Shown: in pieces, positions 14,401 to 25,484 of the stretch
Layout: every line of letters begins with the position of its first letter
Numbering within the stretch: position 1 is the first letter of the stretch
DNA from: Kipferlia bialata
Taxonomy: Eukaryota
Assembly (NCBI GenBank): GCA_003568945.1
Contig: BDIP01000007.1
Location: 1 to 47,633 of the forward strand
Direction of reading: 5' to 3'
DNA length: 47,633 nt
Program-made: the position numbers and the translations under genes
The notes under the pieces: model-generated
Database searches by the model: none
Told to the model about the DNA's origin: nothing
Seen by the model: the letters and a program-made list of their open reading frames with translations, nothing else

Positions 14401-17400
14401 CACAATGACATCGACAGTGGAGGAACCAATGCTCATCCCACCATAGAAGATGTGAACTGTTGCGGAGGGCTCAGGTGCAATGTCGTGAGTGACCTCACAC
14501 TCAAAGGCAGTGTCTGTCTCGGTACAGAATGACCAAGAGGGGAAGTCGGTGTCGTTCAGGCTGATACAGAGGAGGTTGACACCATCAGGAGGTATCTCAT
14601 TACCATATGGATCTACGGTAGTGACATGCATGGTAGTCGTCGTGTCGGCATCGACGCTGGTCTCTAGCAAAACGTAGTCAGACACCTCACCGTGTACTAC
14701 CGAGATGGTATCGGTCAAGGAGTAAGTGGCATCACCAACATGTCCAACCACTATCACATCAACGTCCCCTGGGACAGTAGGTGCAGTGATTGTTCCACTG
14801 TACACCCCGTCTGTCCCTAGCGAGAGTGTCCAGGGGTCAGTCTCGTCAGTGTACAGATGGCATGTCACGGAGTCGTACTCGATAACATTAGAGTACACAT
14901 CCTTGAACGTAGCACTGACAGTGAAACCCTCGCCAACAACTACAGGAGAGTCATCGCCCACAACTAGCACTGACTCTGCATCTGAGGGAGAGAGGCCTGC
15001 ATGTACCTCAACAGTGAGGGAGAGTGAGAAGCCAGGGTTGTCAGAGATGGTCATCTCCACTATGAGGGTGTCTGACTGTGTCAGTATATCCCCATCACAG
15101 GACACAGAGTAGGCAGCCCCAACAGTGGGCAAGAACAACATCTGAATCGTATCAAATGGTACAACAACAGAGTCAGTCCCCATCAGTGTGATTGAGAGGT
15201 CGTCAAACTCTACAGGAGCAGAGTTGCCATACTCATCATAAGGCAAGAAGGACACTCCGAACCCCTCGCCCGCAGTGATATGCAGGATGCCATTCTCAGG
15301 CGTGGCGTGGCTATCAGACTCAGCGTATATAGTGGAGTCCTCTTCAGAGGCCGGGGCAGCACTGACCTGCAGAGACACAGTACCAGAGACGCTATCGACA
15401 GAACCATCACCCATAGAACACTCTGCTAGGTAGGATATCTCTGTCGCAGAGGAAGAGACGGAAACAACGTCGGCAGAGAATACACCGCTCTCAGCCTGGG
15501 CAACTGCATCAAACTCAGTGCCATCTCCAGCGTTGATCTCGGCCACCCCGACATCAGTGGTTATGGTGACAATGCACTGGTAGACGTCACTGTGTGGAAT
15601 GGGTACTCCATTGACATCAGTGAGTGTCACACTCAGAGAGAGTGAATCCCCTGCAGTGGTTGAGTAGGAAGATGAAGCAGGTATCACAACATCAAGGGCA
15701 CCATAGACAGAGACACCTCCAGAGACGATGTCCAGAGGGTATGATGTGTCAAAGATGGAGACCGAGAGGCTATTATCCCCGAGAGAGAGGCCGCTTGGCA
15801 GCTCAGCCACATAGCACTGCAGGCCGTCGTTGTATAGGTACTCAACAGGGTTACTGTCAATCGTCACAAGGAGTGGTGACAGAGATGGTACCTCAGAACC
15901 ATAGGAATCCAGTAGCACAAACTGCAACTCAGAGGCCCCGACATACAGCTCAGCTGAAGGTATAACCTCCACCACGTGTACCTCTACAGTCACTGACACA
16001 TGACCGAGGGACACACCGTCCAGCCATGCGTAGATACTCTGCTCCTCAGATACAGCAGCACAGCCAGTATCGTGCGTTACATCGCATGTGTATGTGTCAT
16101 CAGAGCAGGTACAGTCAGCGGCAGAGGAGGGGTCCTCAGTAAAGGAGACCTCCAGAGACCCAACACCACAGAGAGGTATGTTGTCGTACACATCCGCCAC
16201 AGTACTTGTCAGAGTAGTTGTCTCAGTAGCAGCGAATGCAGAGGGAGAGAGCACCTCCCAGGAGACAGCAGGCCCAGCTAGCACACTGAAAGTACGGGTG
16301 ACAGTGAAGGAGGTACCATCAATGGTACCAACCAGGTCTAGGGAGTAACTGCCACTGAGAGTGGGGGTGGGTAAGGACCCAGTGTAGGTACCTGACCCTC
16401 CACTCATAGAGTCAGCACTGCCATCGAACCCACCCACCACAGAGTCATACTCAATGGTGTTGCCAAAGCGGTCCTTGAAGGTGACACTCGCACTAGCACT
16501 CACACCAGCTGTGACATCACCTCCTCTGTTGATTGATACGACACAGTCAGGGTCACTAGGAGTGTACTCTGGCAGTATCACAATATCAAACTCGTCAATG
16601 ACGGTGGGTCCCACAGTGGCTGAGACAGAGAGAGTCCCAGCCGTTGTATAGTCTGCAGGGTCTCCCACACATCTAAAGGTATCCGATGGTTGGTTATATA
16701 CTGCAACCAAGGTCACACCCGCAACACTCACATCAAGTGCTGCATCAGACATACGGTTGCCATTGACATCAGCCAGGTGGGTGTATATCTCAAACCCAGC
16801 TCCAGCAGTGACGACATACGACCCCTCAGTCATTCCAAGAAGGGCACCTGAGGATGTCGGTGCAACATAGCAAGATGCAACCTCTGGTGGTGCCTGAGTG
16901 ACGTTGATGCTATAGGATGTCTCCTTGGTGTCAGTGTGTGTCTGAGAGTCCACCTCATACACACACTCCACATACACCTCCACTGCTACTGCCTCAGTGG
17001 AGGTAGAGATAACACTGGTTGTATAGAGACTCTGCCCGGCGTCCCAGACCGCCTCTACAGTAGTCCCCTCCCCTCCATTCACAGCCTCCACATCCGGGTC
17101 TGTAGTCACATATACAGTGCACATGTATCCGACCTCAGGATACAGCAAAATACCACCAATATCCAGCAGTGACACCTCCACATCCATCACCTCTCCAGTG
17201 GTGACGTCATCTGGGATACCAGATACGCTGACTGTAGTGATATGACCATACACGTATACATTTGTTTCTAGAGTAGCACTCTGGTACTCTCCTACAGGCA
17301 CGTCGACTGATACAGAGATCTCGCCCTGAGAGGGTGGAGAGGCTAGTGTTACAGAGTAGCACTGCTTGTCACCATCGTAGACAGCAGTGACAGCGTCACC

Positions 17401-20400
17401 TCCATCCACAGATAGACCCATGCCACCCAGGTTGGGTACCGGGGTATGGCCAGCGTCAGTGACAGAGAAGCAGAGCTCAGTCGAGTGCTCGTATACAGTG
17501 TGGAAGTCCTCGATATAGTGGAGAGTAGGGAGGTCTGCCTCGTCCACTATATCCACCTTGAGAGAGACAGGCAGGTAGTGCTCAGTGTCAGTGACAGAGA
17601 GCATGTCGAGGCTGTGGCTCTCCCAGCTGTGTCCACCTGGCACCACCTCGAAGGAGAGGACATCATCAATACTAGCATCTAGAGAGAATGAGTGGTCCAG
17701 AACCATAAGGTCACTGACCTCCTTAAGAGTGGTAATGCAGGTAGGGGTGGTGTATACCAGAGACACATCGCCAGTAGTGGAGTCGTGTAGGTCATCGTAC
17801 ATCTCACAGTGGATGTTGGCCGAAGAGGGGGAGGCGACAACGTTGGTACGAGAGAGTGGTCGGAGGTAGCTGGGACCTGGCCGTCAGAGTCAATTCCCAA
17901 ATGCATAGTATTGCTGTTAGATAGTATACACTATAGGGGAGTACCTGTCTCGAGACTAGTCCACTGGGACATGACATGGGCCCCTCCGTCCACCACAGTC
18001 TGTCCATCGAAGGCTGGGCACACACTGCCCATCTTGACCTCTATTCCACTGGCCTCAACCTCACCGACAACGGAGTCTACACGGTATATACGTACACTGG
18101 GGTCGTTCTGGTGAATGGGCCCGTATATAGGGTCAGCGACAGCTAGTAAGGAAGTGCCATCAGCACTGCTTGCGAGGGAGACGTCGAACCCGAAGGATGT
18201 TGTCTGAGACGCCTCGATCTGACCCTGGTACACTAGGTTCCCTTCCTCGTCAGTGTAGAGGACAGTCACTAGGCCCCACCAGTAGGAGTAGTGGTCAATG
18301 TCTGGCGCACCAATAACAATGGTGTTGCCGGCCATTGCCACAGAGTGCCTAGGGTGAGTAAAAATATTCACTAAGACCTACAGACTACACTACAACCACT
18401 GTACATAGAGTGACAACATCATATACAAGAGCTTACACATATGCCCACCTGTATGAGGTCCCTCCATTGATGACGCGTCTCCCCTCGGGGCCATATCCAT
18501 CAACTGACAGCTCTGCTACCTCCTTCCACTCAATGTGGTCATCTAGCATGAACACATAGGCGGATGCCTTTTCCTTGTCATCCCTCTCAGCTGTGAGATA
18601 GGTGGAGACGGCAAGGAAGACTTCCCCGCTACTAATGTCGATATCGGCACCAAATATCACACCGGTCTTGGTGTCAGTGTCGACCCTCATGTGATATGAC
18701 CACACACCTGGGGTGTCAGATTAGAACTGACAGCTACAATAGAGTGTCAGATAATGCATATTGGGATATATATATGACTCAGTGTCAAGACCGTCTCACA
18801 CGAAGTGATGCAATGGTGCAATGATGTGAGCATTTCTTGTTGTTATTATGATCAATAGCCAAAGCAATCACGTACCAGTGTCAAGGTCCTTTCTGAACGA
18901 GTGGGCTACGCCGTACTGATCCACTAGGGTGAGAAATGATCACTATACATGGGCATAGTATATACATCATATAGACATGTCATCCATATGAATATTCAAT
19001 GCGTATCTACATAGCATTTAGTGCAATGAACACACCCAGATACTGGAGGATAGTACTAGCACATATGTACTAAATCAGTACACACAGCGTGTCAATGCTG
19101 TATTCATGACTTACAAGAAGTGTCATACACATAGAGTCACATACCGTCATGTAACTTGTTCCTATCGGCCACTACGAAGAACGATTCACTCCTTGCCTGA
19201 GTGTTAGAATACGCTGAAAACGGACGAAAGGATCACAATACATATCCATACTGAAAGTGCACAGAATAAACACTATATACTATGTAAGCGTATTACATTG
19301 AGAAGCCGGTTAGTCAGACTTGAGAGGTGCACTCATATACAGACACTACCTGCTCCTATGCTACCTGGTACACTAGTGTTGATAGAATCATCACAGGTAT
19401 GAATGGAAACTCCATATACCCACAGCTTATCAATATAATCATGTAAGTATAGCATAACTCCAGATGCATTTTGCTATTAAACATACCACAGGTAATGGCT
19501 TCATGTATCCTCTCGTGTCTGTCTTATAGGCCTCAGTTCTAACAGCAGGCAGCCGCAGCCCAACATAGAGCTCTTGTTGGGACAAGAACGTCAGGGAATC
19601 CCCGACAACACTCCATCTCACAAAGTACACGTCGTCGTAATCCCACGGCGCTGTAACCGCGAGCTCCACCGTGTCGTTGGAGTCTGCGTAGAGAGAGAGG
19701 GATGTTCCATAGAGAGCGTCAGGGGTGGTACTGGTGGAGGACGCGGCCAGCCCCCATGGGGAGACATCACTCTGCCTGGCGAAGAGATACACCACTCCTG
19801 GGTATGATGTGTCTCTGGTTACCCCATCACTCTCATACTGGAAGGGGCACCCTATGGCAGCCACGTTGCCACATATACTGACAGAGGACTCAGGGCACAT
19901 GGAGGTGGGGAGGTCTGGGGGTGAGGTATGGGGGCATAGGGCAGGTGGGGAATAATGGGTCATACAACCTATGATGGTATCATATACAGACCCTCACTCA
20001 GGGTAGCTGGAGGTATGGAAGGTTATGAGGGGGATGAGGATTGTGCTCTGAGTATAATATCTCACGGAAGGGTTATTACTAGTAATGAGTGTCCTCTGGA
20101 GACTAGTAACAGTATATAGTATTAGAGATACGCAACATATAATATATTGTATGTAGTATACCCAAAACATACCAAATACATACACATGGTTGAGGGGGGG
20201 GGGGAGAAGTGTCCACATGGGTATATACGGGAGAGGAAACACATATATATAGTGCAGATTCTATATACACCTACAATACAATACACTCACCGAATAGTGA
20301 CACATGGCTCAATGGGAATGTGTCAACATGTGCATAGAGAGAGAGGGAGTGGGAGACCTCCCCCACTGTCTCTGTCACATCCGGCTCATTGTATACATTC

Positions 20401-21314
20401 TGTGACACGACTGTGCAGTCCTAGTGTTAGGATAGATGTGGATACACGAAAGGATTATGTGTCGTATCTAAACATGTATATGTATAATAACACACTTAGA
20501 ATTATAACGTCATTGTACCTGGGTAAGAAGAAACATACATGTATGTATATGTGTGGATGGGTGTGATTGTACGTATAGATAAGAATGTGCCATACCTGCA
20601 CCGTGAGTGTGCAATCTATCCATCCTTGGGAGATAGGGTATGGGATGGGGATGGAGTACTCATCCCTGTCGGCATCATAGGAGGGGGTGGAGGTGGTACA
20701 GTCAGAGGTCGCCTAAATATATGAGGGAGAGTGAAAGAGAATACGGGGGGGGGGGAGAGAGAGAGAGAGAGAAGAGTATCATAGGAGGTGGTGCACTCAG
20801 AGGTAGCGTGGGTTTGAGGGAGCGAGATATATATTTATACATACATATATATATGGGCATCACATGAGGCTGGAGATAGGGCGCTGACTGTGACTGGGTA
20901 GGGAGGGGGCAAAGAATACTATAGGAAATATTGACCCATACATCCCTTGGACGCTCACTCATGAGGGGATAGCGGTATGGGTGTGAAGTCTAAATAGCAA
21001 TATATGAAGGTAGGGAGAGTGAAAAAGAATATATAAATAGCAATATATGAAGGCAGAGGCACTGGAGAGAGAGAGAGAGGGGGGGTACCTGGTCACATAT
21101 TGATACATACATATGGACACGGTTGGGTCACTAGGTAGAGTGGTATAGTCATATGTATACTATATGCACTGACACATATATTCATCTATACCTGGTCACA
21201 TATCGTAATGGCCACAGTTGGGTCACTGGGTATGGTCAGAGTGGTTGTGTAGTCATGGGAGGGGTAGTGCTCCCAGATGCCAGAGGAGGCATCGGTGTCA
21301 AAGGAGAACACTAC
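5440..21314 (-). CDS. Giant type-I membrane adhesin-like protein with FG-GAP (integrin-alpha-type) propellers and tandem Ig/invasin/filamin-like repeats; 5' end incomplete
   Basis: Terminal exon 5440-17876 is open throughout. It splices in phase to exons 17945-18348, 18449-18707, 18876-18923 and ~19145-19196, and probably to further exons at ~19490-19914, 20596-20712 and 21192-21314. FG-GAP motifs: FGSSVACTDTTLVVGAPGAYS...GAAYVY, YGHAVAVSDNWKAVSAP...GRVYFY, HSVAMAGNTIVIGAP, FGFDVSL. Recurrent D-x-(Y/F)-G-N Ig-like motif. TM helix AYIAVGMLGFGLLGLSAAYVF (~5607-5670), then a ~54-aa tail. Confidence 0.85.
8200..17500 (-). repeat. Six diverged protein-level super-repeats (~1,550 nt, ~515 aa) inside the giant exon
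   Basis: The anchor motif recurs as FKDRFGNTIEYDSV (~16450), FKDVYSNVIEYDSV (~14885), YTDQFGNVIEFDSV (~13345), FVDRFGNTVEYTDV (~11775), IRDMFGNSIVYDSV (~10240) and PRDSYGNTIPYDSL (~8705), spaced ~1535-1570 nt. Outer boundaries are approximate. Confidence 0.85.
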
Positions 21315-21394
21315 CTAGATGTTAGAGAGGGTGGTGAAGAGAGTTAGAGGGGAGGGGGGGGGGGGGGAGAGAGAGAGGGATAGAGAAAAATATT

Positions 21395-21612
21395 NNNNNN
21401 NNNNNNNNNNNNNNNNNNNNNNNNNNNNNNNNNNNNNNNNNNNNNNNNNNNNNNNNNNNNNNNNNNNNNNNNNNNNNNNNNNNNNNNNNNNNNNNNNNNN
21501 NNNNNNNNNNNNNNNNNNNNNNNNNNNNNNNNNNNNNNNNNNNNNNNNNNNNNNNNNNNNNNNNNNNNNNNNNNNNNNNNNNNNNNNNNNNNNNNNNNNN
21601 NNNNNNNNNNNN
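21395..21612. other. Assembly gap (218 N)
   Basis: Run of N flanked by a G-tract on the left and a C-tract on the right. Confidence 0.99.
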
Positions 21613-21666
21613 AAATATTTTTCATTAAACCCCCCCCCCCCCCCCCCCCCATTGTCTAACGGTCAG

Positions 21667-22458
21667 GGCACTGCCGTGGCTGAGACTGACGACCTTGCTG
21701 CCAGGCTTGGCTCTCTCTAGACCCTCTCTTGACAGGGGTCCTTCAGCAATGCCCCAGTGTACACTTGGTTGATTCTCCAGAGGGGCGTAAGGGGGCATAT
21801 CCCTTCGTTTGAATCCCATGTTTTGCGTCGTGTGTGACTATTGAAATAGACATCACCAAATCTGTTTTTGCTTTGGTTCAGTCTCGATGTTTCTCTCTTC
21901 TCTACTGTCCCTCTGGGAGAGTGCATAACCCATGGACATATTTGACCTTGTGAGTGTGGCTAGTGCCCCACCCGTCAGTGCCCCACCCCCCAAGAGACCG
22001 GCAGTCACTGAGATACAGCCAACAGATATGGGTGTGGATGCCTCTGGTGCTAGTGTTGGGCAGACCCCCTCTGAGGGTGTGACTGGTGCACTGGATATGG
22101 GTGGAGTGGAGGAGGCTGAGCCAGAGCAGCCCCGCAAGGTGAGCAGGAGAGAGAAGGCGAGGATAGCCAAGGCCAAGCGAGAGCAGCAGCAGAAGGACAA
22201 GGAGGAGAAGGAGGCAGAGCTACCCCCTGCTAACCAGAGCATCATCATTGGAGGCACTAGCAGACAGGCAGATCTGGACAGGTGGGTCACTCACTGAGCC
22301 CCCCTCCCCCCTCCCCCCCTACTCTCCTCCTCTTTCCCTCGATTTGTAATACATTATCTATTTATACATCGTCTGTCTATCTCCTGTCTCCTAGTGTACT
22401 TGTCTGGATACCCCCCCCCCCACTGTTCCCCTCCGAGCTCTCTCTCTCTCTCCCTCTC

Positions 22459-22495
<37 letters not shown>

Positions 22496-24862
22496 CCACC
22501 TAGTATTCAACCTACGTGTCTAGGACCTACCTCTCTCCTATCCTTATACGTTTTCCTGTTTTTGCTTCTGAATGACTCTCACTTCCAGCGATGCACCAGT
22601 CGACCCCCTTGGCACTGGTATACCGGCATACATGTGGAACCGGAGGTATACATATATTCTACTGTATATATACAGAATGTATGAATACTAATGACTTCGT
22701 CTTATCTTTATATGTGGAACCAGATGTATATTATGTTTTGCTATAAAGTCCAGTATATTTAGCGAAAGAGTAATACGTATCTTTGTAGAGGTGTACTATT
22801 GAGAGAGGGAGAAAGATGTTTACACAAGAACTAACAATAGATACAGTCTCTCCACCCATACATCATCATGTTTGTTCCTTGCGCTGATAACAGGTATGAC
22901 TCCCAGGAGGCCCTGAGAGTGGCTGTGGAAGAGACATCGGGTCTGCAGTGGGTGCACGAGGTGTACGAAGGTACAGGGGGGATATGATGTGTACACACAT
23001 ACATATATTCAAGTGAATATATATATATATATACACACACACATACACACACATATATATATATATATATATACAGAGTGTATATAGGGTATATACACCA
23101 AGAGTGTGTTGAGAGTCAGTGGGTGCACGAGGTGTGTGAAGGTACAGGGAGGAGTATTGGAGAGAGAGAGAGAGGATATGGTGTTTATACGCACCCAGAG
23201 TGTTAACACACACACACACATATATATATATATGCACCAACGTCATACACGTGTATATGTTCATCCATGTATATAGTGATGATGCACTGATACACTCAAC
23301 ATGTACATTATATATATATATATATATAATGTATATATAGTGTATATATAGTGACTATTGCATGCCGTTTACTACTCACAGTCAGAAGAGGAGTGGATAG
23401 AGTACCTGACATGTGACACATGTGTGTTTGGGTCAGGTCAGTGTCATTGTACCGTGGACATTGCACAGGACGGACCAACTGGAGAGGAAGATGCAGATAG
23501 AGAGAGACACACAGAGCGGGAGGGAGGGTGGCACTTAGTCCCCCCAGACTCAGATGAGGACGAGTCGTATCACTACGAATGCTGTCAGCTCATGGTGAGT
23601 GGAATCCTTATGTATATACATATATATATATGTAATCTCATTGTGCGTGGTATCCATGTCTGAAGCACCCACTATTCTGCCAGTGCTTGAGTATTCAGTA
23701 CTGCTCTGTCATTCAATGTAGTAGTCTCACCGTCAGTCCCATCTTCCCTTTAGGATCCAGCGTTTCCGCCTTGACGTGTCTAATGTTGACCTGGACAAAG
23801 GAATATCTTACAACTGTGTCAACACCTTTCTCTCCCCTACAGAGGTGCTATGTGCCCATCAGAGTAGGGACGGCGATGTATTCATAGTCACCCTGCCCCA
23901 GAGTACTGTGCTAGAGTGGGAACCCCTAGATACAGGGTCGGTGTGCCACGTGAAGAAAGTAGCCCCCCCAGGCACAGACGGGGAACAGGCTTCATTCCAG
24001 GTAGGAGTCTGGCCACGTGTATCTGATATTACAGACTTACCAGATTTATAAGAAATCCATCAAACTTCAGTTACTCGGAGGATCCCTCTTCGGCGTGTGG
24101 AGGAAGCGGTGCGGCAACACAAGACAGTGCCGCTACATCCTCTATGTGTTTGACAAGCACAGGAGAGCCTGGGTGCCAGTGGACGAGGTCACAGCGTCGG
24201 ATGCACTCAACTTCCCACTACAGCCTCGGTATCTGGGGAGCCCACCACTATGGCTATTGACACACGTGTACGGATTTGACGTCCATCTCCATGTGCAGGA
24301 GTTTTGCTTCAAAGAGTGCCTCTACCAACTCTTTCTGAGGTGTAACCGCTTCCAGTGCATCTCCGCAGACACTTTAGGGGTAACCGACCTGCCATACCCC
24401 TATGAGCTATCACTACCAGAGGAAGGATCATTCGAGATTGCATGTACGGATACCACTGTGTATATGCTGCACAGTGAGGGTATATACTCCTACACTCCCG
24501 ACGCGGAGCACCCCTGGCTTCAGGAGAGCACCTCTGGTTGGGACGGGGACTGGGTGGTTGCGGTGGGTCAGTATCTGGTCAGTGGCATTGTGGAGTCCAA
24601 TGTCAACTACAGAAGGTCGATCAAGGTATACGACACAGTGGCTGGAGAGTGGGTGGACCAGGATACATGGATCAGACAGGGACTCCTGGGTGATAGGGAT
24701 GGGGTTGTGTACAGTACTGTGACGGGTCCTGGGTCATATGTCTGTGGGAGTGGCCAGGGAAAGACACACACTGTGCAGGTGAAGGAGACTGACTGTGGTG
24801 AGGCCTATCTGCATGTCATGATGTTGGACGAGGCGGTGTGTCAGGGAGTAGTCAGGGAGTGA
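21667..24862 (+). CDS. Multi-exon protein with C-terminal kelch-like/beta-propeller repeats; 5' end lost in the gap
   Basis: Exons splice in phase as ...GGTSRQADLD(S)|DAPVDPLGTGIPAYMWNR(R)|YDSQEALRVAVEETSGLQWVHEVYE|EEEWIEYLTCDTC. The terminal part contains blade-like motifs LYVFDKHRRAWVPV, IYSYTPDAEHPW and VAVGQYLV...IKVYDTVAGEW. One internal junction (~23594-23755) was not resolved. Confidence 0.6.
23017..23350. repeat. Intronic (TA)n/(CA)n/(GA)n microsatellite cluster
   Basis: Several dinucleotide runs at ~23017-23072, 23161-23173, 23207-23233 and 23309-23350. Confidence 0.9.
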
Positions 24863-25484
24863 TAGGTCACTGGAGTGGGCCACTCCAGTCACTCCATGGC
24901 TTGATTGCAGTTGCAGGCTAGATATGCCTAGTAGTATGTGAATCATCCGTTATCTGATAAGAACTCTGTATTCTATTCAATCAAAGGTGATATTCGACCC
25001 CGAGCATCCATCCCCTAGAGTGCATGCACGCCGTATATACAGCATGAAGTACACGCCAGGAAATAGAAACCATGAGACAAACAATATGTGCCACAGGCAC
25101 ATTCCAAAGAGCCAGTTAGGCCCCGTTCACTGCCTTCAGTAGAGCCGGATTAGTATGAATGTATGTACCGTCTGGGAGTATCCCTCATCGTCACCGACAC
25201 AGTCTACGGTGCATGATGAAGAGAACAAGGGTGGCCAGAACAGAGGTGTGTAGCTCACTGGGATTATCAGGAGCATCCTACTGTGATATTAGATCTTGAG
25301 GCAGATTATTGGGTAAATATCAGTCCATCACGTATCACTCATTACTCAGTTGCACTGAGTGCACATTCTAGTGGTGGGGAGGCTCCGTCATTCTAAAGGA
25401 GGACTAGTGATACTAAATATGTAAGACTCTCGAGGCTACATACTAAACTGTGTCACAGAGTCTCTAGTCTACACTATTGAATAT

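Noticed and set aside
5471..17869. Many plus-strand ORFs (e.g. 297 aa at 5471-6364) opposite the giant exon
   Set aside because: Antisense shadows of a Val/Ser/Thr/Asp-biased coding strand, with no independent motifs.
21348..21650. Apparent inverted symmetry around the gap (G-run...GAAAAATATT / AATATTTTTC...C-run)
   Set aside because: Short, low-complexity and at contig ends where base quality is poor; not credible as transposon termini.
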